32,983 bases of DNA, from the sequence record SRR22947725_93; one strand, given 5' to 3'. The translations under genes were made by a program, and so were the position numbers. This document shows positions 27,376 to 32,983 of this stretch, piece after piece (positions within the stretch are counted from its first letter, which is position 1; each line of letters starts with the position of its first letter). The notes under the pieces are model-generated. The model did no database searches, was not told the origin of the DNA, and saw nothing but the letters and a program-made list of their open reading frames with translations.

Positions 27376-27404
27376 TGTGAAAATTATCTCTTATCAAATA
27401 TTAT

Positions 27405-28178
27405 TTACTTCCAAACTTTCCAATTTGCTTTTCCAGAGCTCCATAAATCTTCAAGATATCTTTTGTCTCTCAAGGTATCCATTGGATGCCAAAAACCTTG
27501 GTGCTTATAAGATGAAAGTTGTTTTATTTTTGCTAAATGCTCCATTGGTTCTCGTTCCCAACTTATGTCATCACCAGAAATAAATTTTATTACTTTGGGT
27601 GATAATACAAAAAAACCACCATTAATATACTTATCTAACCCTTGTTGTTTTTCAAAAAACCCCTCAACAATATTATTTTTATCTATCTTTAATACACCAA
27701 ACTTCTCAGGTGGCTTGATTGCAGTAACGGTTGCTAATTTTTTATTTTTTTTATGAAATTTAATAAGCTCTTTTATATTTACATCACTCACGCCATCACC
27801 ATAAGTGAAACAAAAATCTTTATTATCTAAATATTCTGAAACCCTTTTTAACCTTCCACCGGTGACAGTATCTTTGCCAGTATCCACCAGAGTTACAGTC
27901 CAAGGCTCTGATTTTTGATTTAAAATTTTTAATTTATTATTTTTAACATCAATAGTGACATCTGAATTGTGAAGAAAATAATTATAGAAATACTCTTTTA
28001 TCAAGTAACCCTTGTAGCCAAGACAGATAACAAAATCATTCAGCCCATAACTAGAATAAATTTTCATTATGTGCCACAAAATAGGTTTACCACCAATTTC
28101 CACAAGAGGTTTTGGTTTTAGTTCAGTTTCTTCAGATAATCGTGTTCCGTAACCTCCAGCTAAAATTACTGTTTTCAT
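27405..28178 (-). CDS. rfbF: Glucose-1-phosphate cytidylyltransferase
   Basis: 257 aa. ILAGGYGTRLSEET, KPKPLVEIGGKPILWHIMK, CLGYKG, VDTG..T.TGGRLKR, TYGDG, INGGFFV and FWHPMDTLRDK. Confidence 0.95.
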   Translation of the reverse strand: MKTVILAGGYGTRLSEETELKPKPLVEIGGKPILWHIMKIYSSYGLNDFVICLGYKGYLIKEYFYNYFLHNSDVTIDVKNNKLKILNQKSEPWTVTLVDTGKDTVTGGRLKRVSEYLDNKDFCFTYGDGVSDVNIKELIKFHKKNKKLATVTAIKPPEKFGVLKIDKNNIVEGFFEKQQGLDKYINGGFFVLSPKVIKFISGDDISWEREPMEHLAKIKQLSSYKHQGFWHPMDTLRDKRYLEDLWSSGKANWKVWK

Positions 28179-29443
28179 TAAGTTTTATTTTTATGATTAA
28201 TATTGATATAATTATAAATTAAAAAACCTAAAGGTAAATACATTATCATGTTCATCCAGTTATTAAAAAAATTACCACTTGTCACAAATGGCCAGAAATT
28301 ACAAGAAAAGGTAATCAAACATAGAATAAGTGAATCTTTAAGCTTCTGATTTTTTTTATCACACAATTTTATGAAATATAGTTTGAACGATTTAATATAA
28401 ATGTAAATAAGGATTAAAAAAGCAAATAATCCACATTCAGCTAATAATTGGAGATAAAAATTATGAGAATGTGTAGAGCATGAAAACCTTCTGTCCATTT
28501 TATATTCTTTATCAGAACAATGATTTCTGAAATTTTTTGGACCTACTCCTAAAAATTTATTCTTTAAAAACATTTGATATGAAGTTTCAAAAAGTTCACT
28601 ATGTTCTGTTGAGTAAGGTCTAAAATTTTTGCTCATGATGTTCATATTTGTGTATTGTTTAGTTTCAACAATTAACCTTAGGTTAAAATTTGAGCTAGTA
28701 TTAATTAAAAATAATAACCCCATAATCATAACTAACAAATTATAAAAAACTGTAGCTCTTAATTTTTTTATAGAAATAATGATAATTATTTTTTGAAGAA
28801 TAAGTAAAAAAAATGAAGTTCTTTCGCCTGATAAAATAACTGTTAAGTCTACTAGACAAAACAGGGTAAAAATCAATAATAAAAATTTAGATGAAAGTCG
28901 CTCATAAAATTCATTTAAAATAAAAAAAATCAATAAAGGAAGTAATCTAACTATAAAACTGCCTAAAATTAATTCATCTCCAAAAAAACTAGATGCACGA
29001 TTAGAAATTAATTCAATTCCAATCATGTTTTTTCCCACAAAATATTGCAATGTAGAGTCGATTATCAATATGACAAATGTGCCAAGCAAAAAGTAGAAGC
29101 ATACCCGAATTAACTTTTTTGACTTAACCAAAAAAAAGCTAATTGCTAAAGAAAAGAGAAGAAATCTTGGATAAAGTAATGAGCTTTTAAGTGAGAACAA
29201 TTTATAATCTGAAATTAATGAACTTAAAATAAGAAGAAAAATAAAAGTCACAAATATACCAAAATATTTCAAATTTATTTTTTTAAAGAAATTATCTTTA
29301 TTTAAATAAAAAAATGAAAAAATTATAGTCAGCATTCCTATTTCTGAAAATAATGGACCTACAATTAAAAGAATTGGAAAGATTGAAATAATAATTAAAT
29401 TTAAATTTAATAAATCATTTTTATTTTTTATAAAATTAACCAT
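28178..29443 (-). CDS. O-antigen ligase family protein (WaaL/Wzy_C)
   Basis: 421 aa, multi-TM. R.SSFFG, LSGERTS, FLGVGPKNF and HSHNFYLQLLAECGL. Confidence 0.85.
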   Translation of the reverse strand: MVNFIKNKNDLLNLNLIIISIFPILLIVGPLFSEIGMLTIIFSFFYLNKDNFFKKINLKYFGIFVTFIFLLILSSLISDYKLFSLKSSLLYPRFLLFSLAISFFLVKSKKLIRVCFYFLLGTFVILIIDSTLQYFVGKNMIGIELISNRASSFFGDELILGSFIVRLLPLLIFFILNEFYERLSSKFLLLIFTLFCLVDLTVILSGERTSFFLLILQKIIIIISIKKLRATVFYNLLVMIMGLLFLINTSSNFNLRLIVETKQYTNMNIMSKNFRPYSTEHSELFETSYQMFLKNKFLGVGPKNFRNHCSDKEYKMDRRFSCSTHSHNFYLQLLAECGLFAFLILIYIYIKSFKLYFIKLCDKKNQKLKDSLILCLITFSCNFWPFVTSGNFFNNWMNMIMYLPLGFLIYNYININHKNKT

Positions 29444-30719
29444 TTTTTAATTTTCTTATTGAAAAAAAATAAAAAATTGTATTAAAAATAAAAGATAAAA
29501 AATAAAATAATATAAAATATTTAATCAATTCTATTATTTTATATTTATTACTATAATTTGAACCCAGGTATTCAAAATCTATAAAATCTTGTTTTTTAGT
29601 GATTTCCATTCTATTATCAATTTTTTTTCTTATAGTTGTAAGTTTTGATGAGATTATTTTTTTATGATTAGCAATGTTATCCTCAATTTCTTTCTCTATT
29701 TCATCTTTACTTATAAATAAAAAGAATTGATTATCTTCATCAAAATTGCCAAGTCCTAAATCCGATTTATCTTTATAAAAAATATCTTGGCTGAGTAAAC
29801 AATTTCGGAATCTTTTTAAAGAAGTAAGTGAATCCTGATCTTGATAGTTTTGATAACATTTATCTTTAAAGACATAATGATATTCAATATTTTCTTTTAT
29901 CTTGATGGTTTCATTTTTTGACTCTTTTTTCCTGGTGGTATTTTCTAATCTATTGGTGATATATTCTAATTTCTTAGTAATTTCTATTAATTTATTTTCA
30001 ATTGAAAAAAAATTAGAATTTAAAAGACTATCAATTACTACTTTCTTGTTGGCTTCTTTTTTTTTTAATCTGAGGCTGGCTACTTCTAATTTTAATCTCA
30101 TTTTTTCAACCTCTAGTTCTTTAAGGAAGCTTTCTAATCTCATTTCATTGGAAAGCCTAAAACTATCAAACAAATAATTTTTGTCTCTTTTAATTGCATG
30201 GTCTTCAATATTATCCAATAATTTCTTAAATTTTATATGTTGTAAAATATAATGTTCCCGCATAGCTTGATTATATCTCGCCTGGTAATCTGCAATATCA
30301 TATTCTTCATTTTTAACTACAAATTCTACCTTGTAATTTTCCATATCTATTTTGCTAAGTTTTATATAAAAAAAATTTTTTAAATCTGAATATCCTTCCT
30401 CTAAAAATTTTTTTTTATCCACATGTCTAAAATAACCAAAAAGAGAGACATCGGGATTTACTTTGGGGCTCAGAGATGGCAAGGGGTCCATTAATGCATT
30501 TATAATTTTATTATAATCATTTATCAATGTTGGTTCATATGCAAAAAGAAGTTCTGATGATCGCCAATCAGTTAAAAATTTTAACTTGTAATAATGACTT
30601 TGTTTGAAATTTGGCACTGCAAAAACAACGGTCAAAACCAAAATTATTAAAAATTGTATAAATAAAAAAATTTTTCTTTTTATGAAAAAATTTATAAAAT
30701 TGATATTATACTTGTCCAT
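29436..30719 (-). CDS. Hypothetical protein with Wzz/polysaccharide co-polymerase-like topology
   Basis: 427 aa. One N-terminal and one C-terminal TM helix flank a large soluble domain with coiled-coil-like stretches (LKELEVEKMRLKLEVASLRLK, IENKLIEITKKLEYITNRLE). The CDS is clear; the function is inferred. Confidence 0.5.
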   Translation of the reverse strand: MDKYNINFINFFIKRKIFLFIQFLIILVLTVVFAVPNFKQSHYYKLKFLTDWRSSELLFAYEPTLINDYNKIINALMDPLPSLSPKVNPDVSLFGYFRHVDKKKFLEEGYSDLKNFFYIKLSKIDMENYKVEFVVKNEEYDIADYQARYNQAMREHYILQHIKFKKLLDNIEDHAIKRDKNYLFDSFRLSNEMRLESFLKELEVEKMRLKLEVASLRLKKKEANKKVVIDSLLNSNFFSIENKLIEITKKLEYITNRLENTTRKKESKNETIKIKENIEYHYVFKDKCYQNYQDQDSLTSLKRFRNCLLSQDIFYKDKSDLGLGNFDEDNQFFLFISKDEIEKEIEDNIANHKKIISSKLTTIRKKIDNRMEITKKQDFIDFEYLGSNYSNKYKIIELIKYFILFYFLSFIFNTIFYFFSIRKLKNG

Positions 30720-32260
30720 TAAGCTAATATATTTTTTAAATATTGCTCAAAAACATCTTTCGTAATAAATTTTTCATGCCCCAGATGTTGAATTTTAATT
30801 GCAGCAGCAAGATTGCCAATAAAACAGGATTCTTGTATATTCTTACTTACCAACTTAAACATTGATGAGTATGCAAAAAAGGCATCTCCAGCTCCAAGAG
30901 TATCTACAACATTTTTTGTTAAAGCTGGAATATATGCGATTTTTCCATTATCATAAGAATGAACACCTTTATCACCAAAAGTGATGCAACCTGAATTAAA
31001 TTTCATTTTTTTTCGTATCTCTTTAAATAATTCAGCTGTTTTAGCAAATCTATCTTTTGTTGCTAATCTCGCTTCAGGTTCGTCGACAGTAAAATAACTA
31101 CATTTTTTATAATCTGTAATTAGATTGTACCCTAAATTTGCACTGTTAGTTTGAACGTTAACATAAACATTTTTGAAATTTGAAACAATAAACTTTTTAA
31201 TTTTTTTTGTGATCATGCCATGACCAAAATCATTAATCATAATACAGTCAAAATTTTTTTTGTTATTTTTAAGAAAATTTATAAACTTATCTTCTGTATT
31301 TTTTTTAATTTCAAGAATATCTAATTTATTATTTTGAAAAAGTTTCTGTTTTTTATTAAATTCTAGATACCTAGTTTTAATGATGGTCTCTCTTGATGAA
31401 TCATAAATACTATTTAATTTAATCTTTTTATTTAATTTTTTTTTTATAATATTATTTAAATTTCTATCTTTGCCTAATAGAGTTAAAACTTCTATATTTT
31501 GAGGGAATTGACATATCTGAGAAGCGGTAGCCAATATACCACCTAAATAAATCTCTCTATTTAATTCTTGTACTGAAATAATTTCTTCTTTTGGGGATTT
31601 TGCCATAGTTTTTGTAAAAACATATTCATCCAGAATAGGTTCACCAATTAACAAAATTTTTTTAGAAGAAACTTTTTTTAATTTTTCTCTCAAATTATGA
31701 AAATTATTATTTTTTTTAAAATTAGTTAGAAATTTTTTAGCTTCAGTCTTAATTTCATCTCTAAATAAATTTATTTTATTTGAGGCACTATAACTTTTTT
31801 CATTTGTTATTAAAAACCGTCCTTTAAATTTTTTAAGTACTTTTATTTCATCTATAATTTTTCCCGTATGGTCTTTTTCTAAATTTTTATAATCATTTCC
31901 TTTCACATAAATATTAGGTTTTAACGATTCAATTATCTCGACTGCACTAGGAAAATTTACAATACATAAATGATCAATAAAGTTCATTTCTTTTAAATAG
32001 TTAATTCTAGTTTGTTGATTATAGAAAGGTCTGCCAGGTCCTTTTTTAATAAACTTATCAGCAGTCAATGTAACAACTAAAATTTGACCTAAAGATTTTG
32101 CTTTTTTTAAATGTAAAAAATGACCATAGTGAAAAAAATCAAACGCACCATGAGCTAAAACAATTTTTTTTTTATCATAACTTCTTTTAATTTGACCTAA
32201 TTGTTTAAAAGTAATTATTTTAGTTAAATTTTTCATCTGTTGAATTTCGAATATATACAT
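30719..32260 (-). CDS. Bifunctional HldE-like protein: N-terminal nucleotidyltransferase plus C-terminal PfkB sugar kinase
   Basis: HGAFDFFHYGH (HxGH), KGPGRP, YVKGNDY and SAS in the N-domain. IGEPILDEY, LGG, NDFGHG and DTLGAGDAF in the C-domain. The ATG at 32236 (MKNLTK) is an alternative start. Confidence 0.88.
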   Translation of the reverse strand: MYIFEIQQMKNLTKIITFKQLGQIKRSYDKKKIVLAHGAFDFFHYGHFLHLKKAKSLGQILVVTLTADKFIKKGPGRPFYNQQTRINYLKEMNFIDHLCIVNFPSAVEIIESLKPNIYVKGNDYKNLEKDHTGKIIDEIKVLKKFKGRFLITNEKSYSASNKINLFRDEIKTEAKKFLTNFKKNNNFHNLREKLKKVSSKKILLIGEPILDEYVFTKTMAKSPKEEIISVQELNREIYLGGILATASQICQFPQNIEVLTLLGKDRNLNNIIKKKLNKKIKLNSIYDSSRETIIKTRYLEFNKKQKLFQNNKLDILEIKKNTEDKFINFLKNNKKNFDCIMINDFGHGMITKKIKKFIVSNFKNVYVNVQTNSANLGYNLITDYKKCSYFTVDEPEARLATKDRFAKTAELFKEIRKKMKFNSGCITFGDKGVHSYDNGKIAYIPALTKNVVDTLGAGDAFFAYSSMFKLVSKNIQESCFIGNLAAAIKIQHLGHEKFITKDVFEQYLKNILA

Positions 32261-32301
32261 TAGACTTAAGTACTTTACAAATTGTCAAAAAGTTATAATA
32301 G
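32259..32301. promoter_or_regulatory. Compact divergent promoter region
   Basis: Short spacer between head-to-head genes. Minus-strand TTGACA (32288-32283) has TCTAAT 18 nt downstream (32264-32259). Plus-strand TTTACA (32274-32279) and TATAAT (32294-32299) have non-optimal 14-nt spacing. Confidence 0.4.
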
Positions 32302-32312
32302 CTAGAGTTTTA

Positions 32313-32983
32313 ATGAAAAAAATTGCTTATATACCTAGTTCCAATTACTCTAAAAACTTAGGGTATGACGTAAGAAATATAATTTTATTTTCTAAAATAA
32401 AAAAAGTTAAACTTCATATTTTTAAAGAAAATCAAGAATATGATTATTTGGTTTTACCCCCAACATTTGACATATCGGATATAAATTGGCTAAGAAATAG
32501 AAAAGAAAAAATAATATATCAACTTGTTGACGATTATTTTTCTGAAAATGAAAGTGATTTTAAAAATTTATTAAGAGGCTTATATAAATACTTAAAAAAT
32601 GAAAATAAAAATATAGTATTTAACTATAAGAAAAAATTAGAAGAAATTTGTAAAATTTCTGATGTTGTTATTTGTGCAAGTAAAGAGCAAAAAAATAAAA
32701 TTTCAAAAATAAATAAAAATATAAAAATATTTTTTGAAGGTAATTTCAAAAATGTTAAAAGATATAAGAAAGATTTTAAAACAGAAAAAGTTTTTAAAAT
32801 TATTTGGGAAGGAAGATGTGAAAATATTTCTTCATTAAGTGTTTTTTATCCGGCCTTTAAAAAACTAATTAAAAAAAATAATATTGAATTACATATAGTC
32901 TCTGATTTTGAAATAAAAAGGTTGTTTTCATTTGCAGATTATAAATCATTATTGATAATCAAAAAAATTTTTAGAAGTGAATT
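32313..32983 (+). CDS. Putative glycosyltransferase (GT-B like), 3'-truncated by the window edge
   Basis: Not in the ORF track because it has no stop in the window. My translation from ATG 32313 is open to the end: MKKIAYIPSSNYSKNLGYDVRN...IIYQLVDDYF...SDVVICASKEQKNKISKINKNIKIFFEG...KIIWEGRCEN...ELHIVSD. These segments resemble GT4-like N-domain and linker motifs. Confidence 0.7.
   Translation, partial: MKKIAYIPSSNYSKNLGYDVRNIILFSKIKKVKLHIFKENQEYDYLVLPPTFDISDINWLRNRKEKIIYQLVDDYFSENESDFKNLLRGLYKYLKNENKNIVFNYKKKLEEICKISDVVICASKEQKNKISKINKNIKIFFEGNFKNVKRYKKDFKTEKVFKIIWEGRCENISSLSVFYPAFKKLIKKNNIELHIVSDFEIKRLFSFADYKSLLIIKKIFRSE

Noticed and set aside
2799-30177. The short plus-strand ORFs in the track (60-139 aa, e.g. 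2799-3062, 5804-6070, 12632-12934, 14264-14683, 22682-22984, 29902-30177)
   Set aside because: All lie antisense to longer, motif-supported minus-strand genes and show no recognisable motifs. They are most likely shadow ORFs.
1-32983. CRISPR arrays, tRNAs, IS elements, integrases, prophage genes
   Set aside because: No regularly spaced repeats, cloverleaf-like GC-rich segments, or transposase, integrase or phage motifs were recognised. Nearly all of the sequence is explained by glycan-related CDSs.

Overview
Very AT-rich bacterial DNA consisting almost entirely of one surface-polysaccharide (O-antigen/LPS-type) biosynthesis island. There are 31 tightly packed, mostly overlapping minus-strand genes (123-32260). 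They are followed downstream by the 5' end of a 5S rRNA gene (30->1, minus, cut by the window edge) that has its own sigma70-type promoter. A divergent, truncated glycosyltransferase-like ORF sits at the right edge (32313->end). A 5S gene detached from 16S-23S and bordering a glycan island matches the SAR11/Pelagibacterales hypervariable region 2 layout; the taxon is inferred, not shown. The island encodes: (1) a GDP-heptose pathway (GmhA-like, HddA, HddC-GmhB fusion) that physically encloses a Cj1427-like C4-dehydrogenase, an NDP-sugar C-methyltransferase, an RmlC-type epimerase and an SDR whose catalytic Tyr is replaced by Phe; (2) a CDP-glucose branch (RfbF, a second C-methyltransferase, a reductase and a distant RfbG-like dehydratase); (3) a HexNAc-uronic acid/amide module (TviB/TviC-like plus an AsnB-type amidotransferase) with a deacetylase and further methyltransferases; (4) a PglF-like dehydratase and an initiating phosphoglycosyl transferase; (5) assembly proteins (ABC flippase, Wzy-like, Wzz-like, WaaL-like); and (6) an HldE-like protein with reversed domain order. 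The most interesting inference is a possible pathway to a C-methyl-branched heptose. No CRISPR array, tRNA or mobile element was recognised. All functional calls come from motif recognition by eye; no database search was run.
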